64,000 nt of DNA from Patescibacteria group bacterium (GCA_038063455.1 JBBTVB010000002.1:65296-129295), one strand, 5' to 3'; positions 8,169 to 18,352 are shown, numbered from the stretch's first letter. Notes: generated by a model not told the origin, from the letters alone. A program made the numbers and translations.

Positions 8169-8882
8169 TTAAATTGCAGGTGGCGAATCAAGGCGTTCGA
8201 TGGCAATATCCGTGAACAGCGCGCCTTGCTTGACCACGATCGTGCGCTGCTTCACCAGTTCCAGCAGGGCTAGGAAAGAGACAATAACGTCCGTCTTGGT
8301 TTTGGAATCTTTCATGATGTTGTGGAATGACACAATGGCTTTGTCTAAAATGAGCGCGCGGATGATTTCGATCTTCTCCGAAATACTCACGGTTTTTTCA
8401 ATAACGGCTTTGGGCAGGGCAATTACCGGTTCGATGTCGCGCAGCACGCTGAGGAAAAGCTCCCGCATGTCGCCCACGCCCAGGGCTTCGGGTGGCGAGA
8501 ATTTTTCTTCAATGAGCATGGCGGGTTTGCCGCGGCCAAACGTGAAACGGCGTTTGTGAATGATCTTGGCAATATTCCGCGACGCCTCTAAATACTCCTT
8601 GAAAATCTTCAGCTGCCGCTCCAAATCCGTGGCTTCTTCCGCACCTTCCACCGCCAACTGCGGCAGCAGGATGCGGGACTTGATGAGCAACAGTTTGGCC
8701 GCCACCACCAAGAAGTCGGCTAAATCTTCGGCGCTGATATTGTCGGCCTTTTCCAAGGCCTGCAGGTATTGCTCGGTAACGTGCGCCAACGCGACTTGGG
8801 AAATATCCAACTCCTCATGCTCTATGAGTTGGAGCAAGAGGTCGAGCGGGCCTTCGAACGTGTGGACTTTAACGTGGTGCAT
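8169..8882 (-). CDS. scpA: segregation and condensation protein A
   Basis: FEGPLDLLLQLIEHEELDI signature; adjacent to scpB. Confidence 0.9.
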   Translation of the reverse strand: MHHVKVHTFEGPLDLLLQLIEHEELDISQVALAHVTEQYLQALEKADNISAEDLADFLVVAAKLLLIKSRILLPQLAVEGAEEATDLERQLKIFKEYLEASRNIAKIIHKRRFTFGRGKPAMLIEEKFSPPEALGVGDMRELFLSVLRDIEPVIALPKAVIEKTVSISEKIEIIRALILDKAIVSFHNIMKDSKTKTDVIVSFLALLELVKQRTIVVKQGALFTDIAIERLDSPPAI

Positions 8883-9505
8883 TATTTGCGTCGCTTGGCT
8901 TTAAACTTTTGGGCCTTGCCCTGAACCCGAGCCCCGCCTTTGGCGGGATAAACTCCGCGAGTGGTTCGGGGTTTGCCTTTGCCTTTCTTGTGGACTTTTT
9001 TGGGTTTAGCCTTTACCGTCTGCCACTGCAACTTAATCGGAAACTTCTTGCCAATGTCACCAATGGTTGGTTCCACAAGCTTGAGGTAATCTTTGAGCTT
9101 CATGTTCACACTGTCCGTAAAGCTGCCCGCGGAAAAAAAGGCTTCTTTCATTTTTCCCAACGACTTGTCCGCAACCACTTCCACCTTGTGCAACGGGCCA
9201 AAGGGCGTCATGGCGCCGGGTTTTACCTTAAACTTAGTCTGCATGTCTTTTTCCTTGGCAATATCTACCTTCTTGGCTTTTAATAATTTCTTGAGTTTGC
9301 CAAAATCCAGTCGAAAATGCGCTGGCATGACCACCAGCATGTACTTCTGGTCTACCTTCACCAAGAGAGACTTCACCACTTGGTCCATGGTGAGTTTTAA
9401 GGTTTGCGCCAAGTCGTACACCGTGAATACCGTTTTGTGTGGGATCACGCTGTACTTGACCTTCGCAGCTTTCAAGTATTTCTCTAGAGACTTTGTAATC
9501 GCCAT
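8882..9505 (-). CDS. YbaK/EbsC-type aminoacyl-tRNA editing-domain protein with a Lys-rich C-terminal tail
   Basis: KSLLVK...MLVVMPA...PGAMTPFG resembles the YbaK/ProX deacylase fold; about 50-aa basic tail. Confidence 0.7.
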   Translation of the reverse strand: MAITKSLEKYLKAAKVKYSVIPHKTVFTVYDLAQTLKLTMDQVVKSLLVKVDQKYMLVVMPAHFRLDFGKLKKLLKAKKVDIAKEKDMQTKFKVKPGAMTPFGPLHKVEVVADKSLGKMKEAFFSAGSFTDSVNMKLKDYLKLVEPTIGDIGKKFPIKLQWQTVKAKPKKVHKKGKGKPRTTRGVYPAKGGARVQGKAQKFKAKRRK

Positions 9506-9524
9506 AGGTTTGGTGAGTTAAGAT

Positions 9525-9821
9525 TTATCGAAAAGGAATTTGCTGTTGCTTGCCTAGTAGGTTGCGAGCTGCACGTCTGCCTGCCGGGGAGAGGCGTACG
9601 CTCTCGATGAACCACTTTTTTGGTGTGCGGCGGCCAAAGCCGGTCAGGTAGCCGCGGTCAATGAGGCGTTCCAGCGATTTGGTAATGGCGCTCTGCTGGT
9701 CTTCAGCTTTCGGTGGCTTACTTTGTTTGGCGTAGAACTTTTTCAGTGCGCTGCGCTTGGTCACTACGCTATCCAGGCACTCCTTGAGCAGGAATTTTTG
9801 GAGCGGTGAAAGCGCAGTCAT
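9525..9821 (-). CDS. hypothetical basic protein (98 aa), possible winged-helix DNA-binding protein
   Basis: ORF with coding-like composition between conserved genes; SLERLIDRGYL motif; no family recognised. Confidence 0.5.
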   Translation of the reverse strand: MTALSPLQKFLLKECLDSVVTKRSALKKFYAKQSKPPKAEDQQSAITKSLERLIDRGYLTGFGRRTPKKWFIESVRLSPAGRRAARNLLGKQQQIPFR

Positions 9822-9825
9822 GTAT

Positions 9826-11217
9826 TTACTCCTTTTTTATCTGAATGTGCGCGTCGTCGAGTTGCTGTTGTGGTAAGGCGGACGGCGCACCCATCAACGG
9901 GTCGCGGGCATCGCCGGTCTTCGGCATGGCAATAACCTCGCGGATATTTTCCACGCCAGCCAGAATTGCCACCAGCCGGTCCAGGCCAAAGGCAATCCCC
10001 CCGTGCGGTGGCACGCCAAAGCTAAACGCCTTGAGCATGTGGCCAAAGCGTATGTCAGCTTCGTCCTTAGGAATACCCAGCACGTCAAAAACTTTTTGCT
10101 GCAGGGTAGGATTATGGATGCGGATGCTGCCGCCGGCAATTTCAAAGCCGTTGAGCGCCACGTCGTACTGCTTACCAAAGGCTTGCTCCAGTTGCACGGC
10201 ACCGGACAAAAAACCTTCGGGGTCTTTAGGTGAGGTGAATAAATGGTGCGTAGCGACTAACTTCTTCTCCGTCTCCGATTTCTCGAAAAGCGGAAAGTCC
10301 GTCACAAAGCAAAACGCTAGCTCGTTCGGATCGTTTTTGTCCTTACGCAAGTCCGGCTTGTCGGTTTTGTACTTTGATATTGCTTCCGCATACGTCAGCC
10401 GGAGGAAAGGCGTTTGGCTAATATGTTTCTCCGGCGCCACCTCTTTGACCAACGCCGTGAGCATTTTCTCGGCCAACGCGAGCAAGTCTTCTTCATCCAC
10501 AAAGCTCATTTCAATATCCAACTGCGTGAACTCGGGCTGGCGGTCGCCCCGCTGGTCTTCATCGCGGAAGCAGCGGGCAATTTGGAAGTAGCGTTCGACC
10601 CCGCCTACCATAAGCAACTGCTTGAACTGTTGCGGGCTTTGCGGCAGCACGTAGAATTTTCCAGGAAAATTGCGGGCAGGCACGATATACTCGCGCGCGC
10701 CTTCGGGCGTGCCTTTGGTCAGAATCGGCGTTTCCACTTCGACAAACTCTTGGCTGCGCAAAAAATCCCGCAAGCTTGCATTCACGTTTGAACGCAGCAC
10801 CAGGCGCTGCCGCATGGTTGGCCGACGCAAGTCCAGGTAGCGATGTTCTAAACGTAGCTCTTCGCCAGCGGCCGCAGCTTTTTCTTCGTTATTAATTTCA
10901 AACGGCGGGGTTTCGGCTGTGCTTAATACGGTAAGCGCACTGGCATGGATTTCCACCGAACCGGTTGGCAAATTCGGATTCGCGCCTTTGCCTTTGCGTT
11001 CCACCACGGTGCCGGTAATTTCCACCACAAACTCTGGGCGGATTTGATTGGCGGGTTCAGCCAGTGCGTCCATAAACAGCACTTGAATGAGTCCCGTCCG
11101 GTCGCGCAAATCAATAAACACCATCTTGCCCAAACGGCGATGGTTATGCACCCAGCCCTGGAGTTTTACCTCCTGGCCGATAAGTTTAGGTGTCTCAATA
11201 GCTAGAGTTCGTTTCAT
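9826..11217 (-). CDS. aspS: aspartate--tRNA ligase, bacterial-type sequence without the GAD insertion domain
   Basis: FRDEDQRGDRQPEFTQLDIEMSF motif 2, GGSIRIH, GLDRLV motif 3; start at the ATG with a GGGGGA SD (track start 11247 is TTG). Confidence 0.93.
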   Translation of the reverse strand: MKRTLAIETPKLIGQEVKLQGWVHNHRRLGKMVFIDLRDRTGLIQVLFMDALAEPANQIRPEFVVEITGTVVERKGKGANPNLPTGSVEIHASALTVLSTAETPPFEINNEEKAAAAGEELRLEHRYLDLRRPTMRQRLVLRSNVNASLRDFLRSQEFVEVETPILTKGTPEGAREYIVPARNFPGKFYVLPQSPQQFKQLLMVGGVERYFQIARCFRDEDQRGDRQPEFTQLDIEMSFVDEEDLLALAEKMLTALVKEVAPEKHISQTPFLRLTYAEAISKYKTDKPDLRKDKNDPNELAFCFVTDFPLFEKSETEKKLVATHHLFTSPKDPEGFLSGAVQLEQAFGKQYDVALNGFEIAGGSIRIHNPTLQQKVFDVLGIPKDEADIRFGHMLKAFSFGVPPHGGIAFGLDRLVAILAGVENIREVIAMPKTGDARDPLMGAPSALPQQQLDDAHIQIKKE

Positions 11218-11371
11218 AAAAGTTTCCCCCGAAGCTAACGTGAGCAAGACGCTTGGCAGCGTCGACGAGGCGTAGCAGCGGAGGCCGAAGCGTATGCAGG
11301 CATACGTTGAGGCCGAGCTGCAAGCCGCAGGCAGCTGCCGAGTGTCGCAGCAGAGATAAAGGTTTGAAAAA

Positions 11372-12664
11372 TCATGGAGTCAGCCTATTAATAAGACGCG
11401 GGAAAGGGATAGCTTCGCGGACATGGGCCAACCCGCACATCCAGCCGACCGTGCGTTCCAAGCCGATGCCAAAGCCGCTGTGCGGCACCGAACCAAATTT
11501 TCGCAAATCCAAGTACCACTCAAAATCTTTGCGATCGAGCTTGTGCTCTTCCAAGCGTTGAACGAGAAAATCATAGTCATCAATGCGCTGCGAACCGCCG
11601 ATAATTTCGCCAATGCCTTCCGGCGCCAGCAAGTCGGCGCACAGTGCGACCTTCGGGTTCTTCGGGTCCGGCTTCATATAGAATGCTTTGATCTCGGCCG
11701 GATAGTGCGTCACGAAAATCGGTCGGTCAAAGGCTTTGGTCAAAATCGTCTCGTCGTCGTTGCCCAAGTCCGTCCCCCACTCAATGTCCGAGCCGAGCTC
11801 TTTAAGCTTCACCAGCGCCTCGTCATACGTCATGCGCACAAACGGCGTCTGCGCTTTTTCTAAGGCGCTAATGTCCCGCTCCAACAGTTCCAGATCCGCG
11901 CGCCGCTCTTTGAGTACGGACTGGACAACGTGCATGATCATTTTTTCCTGCAAGGCCATGCTCTGCTCCAAGTCGGTAAACGCCATTTCTGCGTCCAGCA
12001 TCCAGAACTCGGTCAAATGGCGGCGGGTCTTGGATTTTTCGGCGCGGAACGTCGGGCCAAAGTCGTACACTTTACCGAGCGCCGACGCTAACGCTTCTAG
12101 ATACAATTGACCTGATTGAGAAAGATAGGCTTTTTGGCCAAAGTAATCAGTTTCAAAAAGTTCGGTCGTGCCTTCGCAGGACGTGGGTGTCAGGATGGGG
12201 GTGTCGGTGAGCACAAATCCTTCCTGCCGAAAAAATTCCCGCAACGCCCAAATAACCGTGTCTCGCACGCGCAAGACCGCGGCCTGCTTGGGCGTCCGAA
12301 TCCACAAGTGGCGCTGGTCCAGCAAAAAGTCTGGGCCGTGTTCCTTCTTGCCAATCGGGTACTCCTCGGCCTTTTGGATGAGCTCGACCTTGGTGGCCTG
12401 CAGCTCAAAACCGCCGGGTGAGCGCGGCTCGGCTTTGACCAGGCCGGTGACAATGACCGAGGACTCAATGGTGACTGCTTTTGCAGACGCAAAAACCGCC
12501 TCGCCCACGGCCTCATGCGACACGACGGCCTGCAGCAGGCCCGCGGAACCGTCCCGCAATTGCAGGAACGCAATCTTTCCACTGGAGCGCACGTTGGCCG
12601 CCCAGCCCTGGATAGTCACCTCTTTGCCGTCGAAGCCGGCAATGTCAGCAATCCGAACAATCAT
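11372..12664 (-). CDS. asnS: asparagine--tRNA ligase (430 aa)
   Basis: class IIb core; FRAEKS, GGSQRI, YLDLRKFGSVPHSGFGIGLER typical of AsnRS. Confidence 0.92.
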   Translation of the reverse strand: MIVRIADIAGFDGKEVTIQGWAANVRSSGKIAFLQLRDGSAGLLQAVVSHEAVGEAVFASAKAVTIESSVIVTGLVKAEPRSPGGFELQATKVELIQKAEEYPIGKKEHGPDFLLDQRHLWIRTPKQAAVLRVRDTVIWALREFFRQEGFVLTDTPILTPTSCEGTTELFETDYFGQKAYLSQSGQLYLEALASALGKVYDFGPTFRAEKSKTRRHLTEFWMLDAEMAFTDLEQSMALQEKMIMHVVQSVLKERRADLELLERDISALEKAQTPFVRMTYDEALVKLKELGSDIEWGTDLGNDDETILTKAFDRPIFVTHYPAEIKAFYMKPDPKNPKVALCADLLAPEGIGEIIGGSQRIDDYDFLVQRLEEHKLDRKDFEWYLDLRKFGSVPHSGFGIGLERTVGWMCGLAHVREAIPFPRLINRLTP

Positions 12665-12690
12665 GGCCTAAATATACTGATTTTTAGGCC
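12665..12690. other. hairpin GGCCTAAA-N10-TTTAGGCC abutting the asnS start codon
   Basis: 8-bp stem directly adjacent to the ATG (12662-12664); T-run only on the plus strand. Confidence 0.4.
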
Positions 12691-12700
12691 TTTTGGCAAA

Positions 12701-13768
12701 TTAAAAATGAATACCTTTATCTACAAAATTTTCGAGGAACTGAAGCTCATTTTGTGTTAATGGCTGGGCGGCTTTTGGATTCACGATAATAGCAGAGTCA
12801 TGAAGCTTAAGAGGTGTGTCAGTAGGCTGTACTAAGGTAAGAAGCACCACCGCACTAACTCGTGTCCATTTACCCGATGAGAGTTGATTGAAAATTACTC
12901 GATTCCACTCATCTTGCTGTTTCACTACACCGCTAATATCAAGAACAATGATACCCGGATGACTCTTCGGAAGTTGCTTTGCCTCTTCAGACATTTTTTG
13001 AAAAGCATAAGGGTCATCGACATGAATAATCGTTGTTGCTTTATGCATGGGAAGAGAACCTAATCTCAAAGAAGTACAATAAACCCTTGGTTGTGTTACA
13101 AAATTTTCTATATTTGGAAAGTCTCGAGGAAACTCAGCATCAGATGGAATGGCATGATAATGAATATCATTATTTACTTCAAAATATTTTCCAATTTTCG
13201 AATTGATAAGTTGTTTTTTAATAAATTCTACATTAACGTCTTTTGCTAAAATATTAACCGCCAAGACGCTATGGAGTTCGGGTTGTAGCTCGCTTAAAAA
13301 ATCTGCAAGTTCCTGAGCAACCATATCGGTTCGTCTCATTCCCTCAGACTTATTGCGTACAGAGAATTCAAAAAAGCATTCTCTTCTCTCAATCGAGACT
13401 ACTGCGTCAGGAATTTTATTGTCGATTTCAGGAAAAAATTTAGTAGGCTTTTGAAGACTCAATATACGAGATAAAAACAGCAACTCCATTTCTATGCTGT
13501 GTATTTTTGAAAAATCATCTAGTGATTTCCACTTCTCTAAAATACCTTCGGCTCCTGGTTCTAAATGAATGTTACACCAAGCATTCCAAACTGTTGCAGC
13601 ATACCTAACAATAACTGACGAACGATTGCCAGTTAAGTGATGAAATTCTAACCAATCCTTACTTAATAAGCTAGAAAGCCCATTTAGTGATTCAACGCCA
13701 CTTTGAATTTCTACGGGGTTTAGAGAGTTTATACCTAACTGTGCTACCGCCTCATTGGTATAAACCAT
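12701..13768 (-). CDS. hypothetical protein (355 aa), AT-rich ORFan
   Basis: long uninterrupted ORF at about 37% GC in a roughly 55% GC context; weak PD...E..(K)-like segment IPDAVVSIERRECFFEFSVRNK; no family recognised. Confidence 0.6.
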   Translation of the reverse strand: MVYTNEAVAQLGINSLNPVEIQSGVESLNGLSSLLSKDWLEFHHLTGNRSSVIVRYAATVWNAWCNIHLEPGAEGILEKWKSLDDFSKIHSIEMELLFLSRILSLQKPTKFFPEIDNKIPDAVVSIERRECFFEFSVRNKSEGMRRTDMVAQELADFLSELQPELHSVLAVNILAKDVNVEFIKKQLINSKIGKYFEVNNDIHYHAIPSDAEFPRDFPNIENFVTQPRVYCTSLRLGSLPMHKATTIIHVDDPYAFQKMSEEAKQLPKSHPGIIVLDISGVVKQQDEWNRVIFNQLSSGKWTRVSAVVLLTLVQPTDTPLKLHDSAIIVNPKAAQPLTQNELQFLENFVDKGIHF

Positions 13769-13809
13769 AGCCGTGAGATTTTTAGGGTAAGAGCAAAATT
13801 AACAAAGAA

Positions 13810-16479
13810 TTACGGCGTTACGTGCACCGGCTCCCGACGGCGGAACCAGAGCTTGCACAGCTCGACGACGCCCACAATTCCGAACCCGACCAAGACGATG
13901 AAGAGCCAATCGCTGGCACTCAAAGCCACCGTGCCGAAAATCCGCTGGCCAAACTCCGTGTGCACGGCGGCAATTTGCAAAAGAAGCGCCAAGGTTACGG
14001 ACCCAACCAATGTTGGGTTGGCCCACGGCCCAATGGAGGTGAGCGGCTGCCGCAGCGTGCGGATGGAAAAAACGTACATGAGTGAAGTAACGGCAATAGT
14101 GCAGAATGCCAAGGTACGCGCGTAGGCCAATTGCTCGCCTTCCAGCCACCCCAGACCGAACATGGCGAGGGCGATCAGGCCGACAATGAGGCTCAAGGTA
14201 ACAGTCATGAACCGTGTAAACGGCCCGACCAGCGGCCGCTTCGGGCTCATGGGCGGTTCATTTAAAATGCCGGGGTCGGCGGGTTCGCGCGTGAGCGCAA
14301 TAGTCGGCAGCGTGTCTGTAACCAAGTTGATCCACAAAATTTGTGCAGCCGTGAGCGGCAGCGGCCAGCCGAGTAGCAACCCGCCGACGATGAGCACGAG
14401 TTCGGCAAAACTGCCGGCCAGCAGGAACAAAATAACCCGCTTGATGTTGCGGAAAATCACCCGGCCCTCAAACACGGCCTGGGCAATGGTAGTTAAGCTA
14501 TTGTCGAGTAAAACGAGGTCGGACGCTTCCTTGGCCACGTCCGTGCCAGAGCCGAGGGCGATGCCGACATCGGCAGACTTGAGTGCCGGTGCATCGTTCA
14601 CACCGTCCCCCGTCATGGCCACCACTTCGCCGCGGGCTTGCCAGGCGTCAATGATGCGAAGTTTATCTTTCGGGCTCACGCGCGCGAATACGCGCACTAG
14701 GGCCACGCGTTCTTGCAACGCGTTTGCATCCAGCGCTTCTAGGTCGCGACCATCCATGACTTCGTCTTCCTGCGTGGTTAACCCCAGACCAGCAGCTATG
14801 GTACGTGCCGTGGCAATATTGTCACCGGTAAGCATTACTACTCGAATACCAGCACGATGCAGGGTAGCAATCGTTTCTGGCGCGTCGGCCCGCAGCGGGT
14901 CTTGAATCCCGACCACGCCGACCAGGACTAGGCCTTGTAAAGCGTCGGCTTCGGTCAACGGCAAAACCGGCGCGTGTTGCATGCGACGCTGGCCAATGGC
15001 AAGCGCGCGCAACCCCTGGCTGCTCATGTCCCGCACGCGGGCTTCAAACGCTGCGCGCCGTTCGGGCGTGAACGGCTGAGGCTTGCCGTCTTCTTCAATG
15101 GCCACCGCATGGGCCAGCAGCACTTCGGGTGCGCCTTTCACAAAAATAGCGTGGCCGTCGGCTTTGTGCTCGCAGGCCACGGCCATGTAGCGGCGGCTGG
15201 AATCAAACGGAATTTCGCCAATGCGGGTGTACTGGTTGCGGAGAGTCGGCAAGGCAAAACCTACTTCGGCTGCCGCGCGGACTAAAGCGCGTTCCGTAAG
15301 GTTGCCACGGATCTCCCACTCTTCCAGCGGGCTGTCAGGATTCGTAATTTCGGCATCCGAAGCCAGGGCGCCAATTTTCAGGACGAGTAATGCGCTTGGG
15401 TCCGGCTCCCCTGGATCGCGATGGGGGTGGTGGACGTCGCGGTCGTGCGTGAGAATTTTTACCACGCGCATGTAACCTTCGGTGACGGTGCCGGTCTTAT
15501 CCGTAGCAATGACAGTGACAGAACCTAAGGCTTCCGCCGCCAATAGTGACCGGGCCAAGGCGCGGATTTTGAGCATGTGCTGCATGCCAATAGCCAGAAT
15601 CACCGTAACCACCACGGCGAGGCCTTCGGGAATCGCAGCGACGGCAATGGCTACCGCAGTTGCGAACATTTGCTCGGCATCGTACAGGCGGAATATGCCG
15701 AATAAAAACACGAGGAGCGCAACCGTGAGCACAATAACCGTAAGCTGCCAGCTCAGTTTAATGAGTCGGCGCTGGAGCGGAGTCTTTTCTGTAATCGTGA
15801 GTTGCAGCAACTCTGCCACCTTGCCGAGCTCGGCGTGCATGCCCGTTGCCGTCACCACTGCAAACCCACGGCCGGCGGTTACCACGGTACCAGCAAAAAC
15901 CATATTGAGTTGTTCAGGAATGGTCACTGCTTCGGGCATGGCTTCGATTTGCTTGTTCACTGGTGCCGACTCACCCGTGAGCGTTGCTTCGTTAAGCTCG
16001 AGCGCGTGCTCTTCAATAAGCCGGGCGTCGGCCGCCACCTTCTGGCCGGCATGCAAAATGAGAATGTCGCCTGGCACCACCTCCGTGGATGGAATGTCGC
16101 GCTCGCGCCCATCGCGCAAAATTGTGGCCGTAAACGCCGCGACCTTTTGCAAAGCGGCCAAGGCCCGCTCGGCCCGGTTCTCTTGGAAAAACCCGACAAT
16201 AACGTTAAGGGCAATAGCGGCCAAAATAACACTGCCGTCCAAATGGTCGCCCAAGGCAAAACTCACGGCCGCAGCAATGAGCAGGATAATGACGAGGCTG
16301 CTTTCAAACTGTCGAGCGAGCGTCCGTAACGAATTCACCGCCTCGCGGTTGGGCAGTTCGTTGCGGCCATGTTGCTGCAAGCGGTGGTCGGCTTCCAACT
16401 GCGTCAAACCCCGCGTCGTGGCATCAACGTGGTGAAGAACGCTTTCAATATCTTGAGTTGCCGGTCGCACGGTAGGCAT
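13810..16479 (-). CDS. P-type cation-transporting ATPase, type II (Ca2+/SERCA-PMCA-like)
   Basis: TGES, PEGL, DKTGTVT, TGDN and [11 protein letters not shown] motifs; about 10 TM helices. Confidence 0.95.
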   Translation of the reverse strand: MPTVRPATQDIESVLHHVDATTRGLTQLEADHRLQQHGRNELPNREAVNSLRTLARQFESSLVIILLIAAAVSFALGDHLDGSVILAAIALNVIVGFFQENRAERALAALQKVAAFTATILRDGRERDIPSTEVVPGDILILHAGQKVAADARLIEEHALELNEATLTGESAPVNKQIEAMPEAVTIPEQLNMVFAGTVVTAGRGFAVVTATGMHAELGKVAELLQLTITEKTPLQRRLIKLSWQLTVIVLTVALLVFLFGIFRLYDAEQMFATAVAIAVAAIPEGLAVVVTVILAIGMQHMLKIRALARSLLAAEALGSVTVIATDKTGTVTEGYMRVVKILTHDRDVHHPHRDPGEPDPSALLVLKIGALASDAEITNPDSPLEEWEIRGNLTERALVRAAAEVGFALPTLRNQYTRIGEIPFDSSRRYMAVACEHKADGHAIFVKGAPEVLLAHAVAIEEDGKPQPFTPERRAAFEARVRDMSSQGLRALAIGQRRMQHAPVLPLTEADALQGLVLVGVVGIQDPLRADAPETIATLHRAGIRVVMLTGDNIATARTIAAGLGLTTQEDEVMDGRDLEALDANALQERVALVRVFARVSPKDKLRIIDAWQARGEVVAMTGDGVNDAPALKSADVGIALGSGTDVAKEASDLVLLDNSLTTIAQAVFEGRVIFRNIKRVILFLLAGSFAELVLIVGGLLLGWPLPLTAAQILWINLVTDTLPTIALTREPADPGILNEPPMSPKRPLVGPFTRFMTVTLSLIVGLIALAMFGLGWLEGEQLAYARTLAFCTIAVTSLMYVFSIRTLRQPLTSIGPWANPTLVGSVTLALLLQIAAVHTEFGQRIFGTVALSASDWLFIVLVGFGIVGVVELCKLWFRRREPVHVTP

Positions 16480-16509
16480 GCGTATAGTTTAGCATGCAGA
16501 AACCCCAAA

Positions 16510-17511
16510 CTAAGTTGAGCTACCCGGCTTTATTAGATTATTTACAATTTCGTAAAGAGGGCCTCCATCTCTTGATTCAGATTTTGTAATATAACCCGTA
16601 GGGAAGTGCCTAAACAAGGCTTCTGTGGCATGTTTTAACATGGCGTCACGAACTTCGGGTGCAGGGTTGGTGCCTAAAAAATCTTCGATCGTTTGTGCAA
16701 CATTTTTTCGATGCCTGCTAATTGCTTCAAGGTTCGATTGGATATTGTAATTTTTTGCACTAAATGCAATGGCATAACCAATCGCTGAGAGTAGCGCTAA
16801 TTTAACAAGGCCATATTGAAGAGTGAAGATTCCTCTATCGCTAAATAAGTATACATAAACATTAGCTCCCACTATGATGAAAAATGCCCAATAAAAATAA
16901 TTTCTAAACTTCAGCCACCTCGTAGCACTCTCCGTGTAGTCATTAGCTTGCTTAGCGAAATGGTGTGCTAGTTGTTTGGTTGCAACCTCACCCTTACCAG
17001 TTTCAATTAATTGCTTTTGGCTACCAAGCTCTTCAAGCTGTTGCTTTAGTTGAGTCGTTAATTCGTCGTACTGTTTTTTAGCTTGCAAAGCATCCTGACG
17101 TTCCTTTTGCAGCTCCTCTGCACTTTTACTTTTCAGGGCCAACTCTTGTCTCAGATAAACCAAATAATTTCTAAAGCTTTTAATAATACTATTGTGATGT
17201 TGTTTAATCTCATTCTCAATTCTGTCATGAACATCTTTCGCTCCTGCTTGTTGAATATCAAACTGCTCCAATTGTGTTAAGTACTGAACGAGCTGATTTT
17301 TGGCCGTGTCAATTTGATTGACTTCATCTAGTGTAAGACGAGTTTTATAATCTAAATTATCTAATTCTGTATAAAGTTTTTTTAATTCTTCAAGAATGGG
17401 CTCAACTGACTCGAAAGCCAAAGTACCTAAACGATCTCGATTCAATGCGATTGCTTTGATGTCTAAACTTGGTAAGTTTTCAGCGTTAATATCTTGTGGC
17501 ATATGTTTCAA
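16510..17511 (-). CDS. hypothetical coiled-coil protein with two C-terminal TM helices (333 aa), AT-rich ORFan
   Basis: about 190-aa heptad-rich N-terminal region, then WLKFRNYFYWAFFIIVGANVYVYLF and LVKLALLSAIGYAIAF helices; immediately downstream of the tRNA-Lys 3' end. Confidence 0.6.
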   Translation of the reverse strand: MKHMPQDINAENLPSLDIKAIALNRDRLGTLAFESVEPILEELKKLYTELDNLDYKTRLTLDEVNQIDTAKNQLVQYLTQLEQFDIQQAGAKDVHDRIENEIKQHHNSIIKSFRNYLVYLRQELALKSKSAEELQKERQDALQAKKQYDELTTQLKQQLEELGSQKQLIETGKGEVATKQLAHHFAKQANDYTESATRWLKFRNYFYWAFFIIVGANVYVYLFSDRGIFTLQYGLVKLALLSAIGYAIAFSAKNYNIQSNLEAISRHRKNVAQTIEDFLGTNPAPEVRDAMLKHATEALFRHFPTGYITKSESRDGGPLYEIVNNLIKPGSST

Positions 17512-17547
17512 GAAAACTCTTCTAAGAGTTGAAAGGGTATTATGGTC

Positions 17548-17623
17548 TGGTGGGTCCGCTGGGAATCGAACCCAGAACCTTGGGCTTAAAAGGCCCCTGC
17601 TCTACCAATTGAGCTACGAACCC
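17548..17623 (-). tRNA. tRNA-Lys (anticodon UUU), CCA encoded
   Basis: manual cloverleaf: GGGTTCG/CGGACCC acceptor, GCTC-AATTGGTA-GAGC D-arm, loop CTTTTAA, CTGGG-TTCGATT-CCCAG T-arm. Confidence 0.92.
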
Positions 17624-17659
17624 AGAATTATCCTCTACTTCTTAAATAAACCTTACCTA

Positions 17660-17728
17660 CCCTGCTCTTCCGGGGTGCTCCCGATGGGTCGCACCCGTCC
17701 CTATGGGACCCAATTGAGCTACGAACCC
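17660..17728 (-). pseudogene. 5' fragment of tRNA-Lys (nt 1 to about 30) with a 41-nt hairpin insertion in the D-loop
   Basis: 19 nt identical to the tRNA-Lys 5' end (GGGTTCGTAGCTCAATTGG), then the insert, then GAGCAGGG; no anticodon or T arm. Confidence 0.7.
17670..17698. repeat. G-first hairpin motif copy B (CCGGGGTGCTCCCGATGGGTCGCACCCGT)
   Basis: 27/28 identical to 18353..18380; nested stems GGGTGC/GCACCC and CCC/GGG. Confidence 0.85.
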
Positions 17729-17774
17729 ATAACGGGCCTATTGTGCACTAATTACGCTAAATATACAAGCTCTC

Positions 17775-18323
17775 CTACTTCCCGCCTTTTGCCTTTTCAA
17801 TAAGCTTCCAGAACACTTCCCGCGTGGTTTCCACGTCGGCTTTGGCGCGGTGAGCCAGGGGCTGCGGGATTTTAAGGTAGGCGGCCACTTTGCCTAAACT
17901 ATAACTCGGCATCAACAGGTATTTACGCGCGTAGGTAAGGGTGTCGACTAAAGCATTAGTAAGCTTTGGCAAACCTAGGCGCTCCAGGTGCGCGTTAATA
18001 AAGCCTATATCAAAATTGACGTTGTGCCCCACAATCGGACAATCGCCGATAAAGGCCACCAGCCCGGGAAAAACTTTTGAAGCGGCTTGGCCCTCTACCG
18101 CCAGGAGTTCGTTGCTAATGCCGTGCACGCGGACGACTTCCGGGTCCAAAATCCTGCCCGTCTCAATAAGGCTCACGTACTCCCCGACCACCAGCTTATC
18201 CTGGATTTTTTGGGCCGCCACTTCAATAACGTCATGGCCTTCCTCGGGTTTGAGGCCGGTGGTTTCGACGTCCAAGATAACGAGCGTTGGCGAAATGCTG
18301 GGCATAGATACGTAGAATAGCAT
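17775..18323 (-). CDS. DEDDh 3'-5' exonuclease (DnaQ/epsilon-like)
   Basis: ILDVETTGL (Exo I), GHNVNFDIGF (Exo II), HRAKADVETT (Exo III); start moved to the ATG at 18323 because the track N-terminus is translated repeat sequence. Confidence 0.85.
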   Translation of the reverse strand: MLFYVSMPSISPTLVILDVETTGLKPEEGHDVIEVAAQKIQDKLVVGEYVSLIETGRILDPEVVRVHGISNELLAVEGQAASKVFPGLVAFIGDCPIVGHNVNFDIGFINAHLERLGLPKLTNALVDTLTYARKYLLMPSYSLGKVAAYLKIPQPLAHRAKADVETTREVFWKLIEKAKGGK

Positions 18324-18352
18324 AACTGCACCTCTCCTGGTCGTTGACCATC

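Noticed and set aside
16510-16525. TTGAGCTAC at the far end of the AT-rich island matching 9 nt of tRNA-Lys, as a possible att repeat
   Set aside because: The match is to the 5' part of the tRNA rather than the 3' end used by integrases. It is only 9 nt, which is expected by chance in 128 kb of two-strand sequence, and it lies inside the ORF's last codons.
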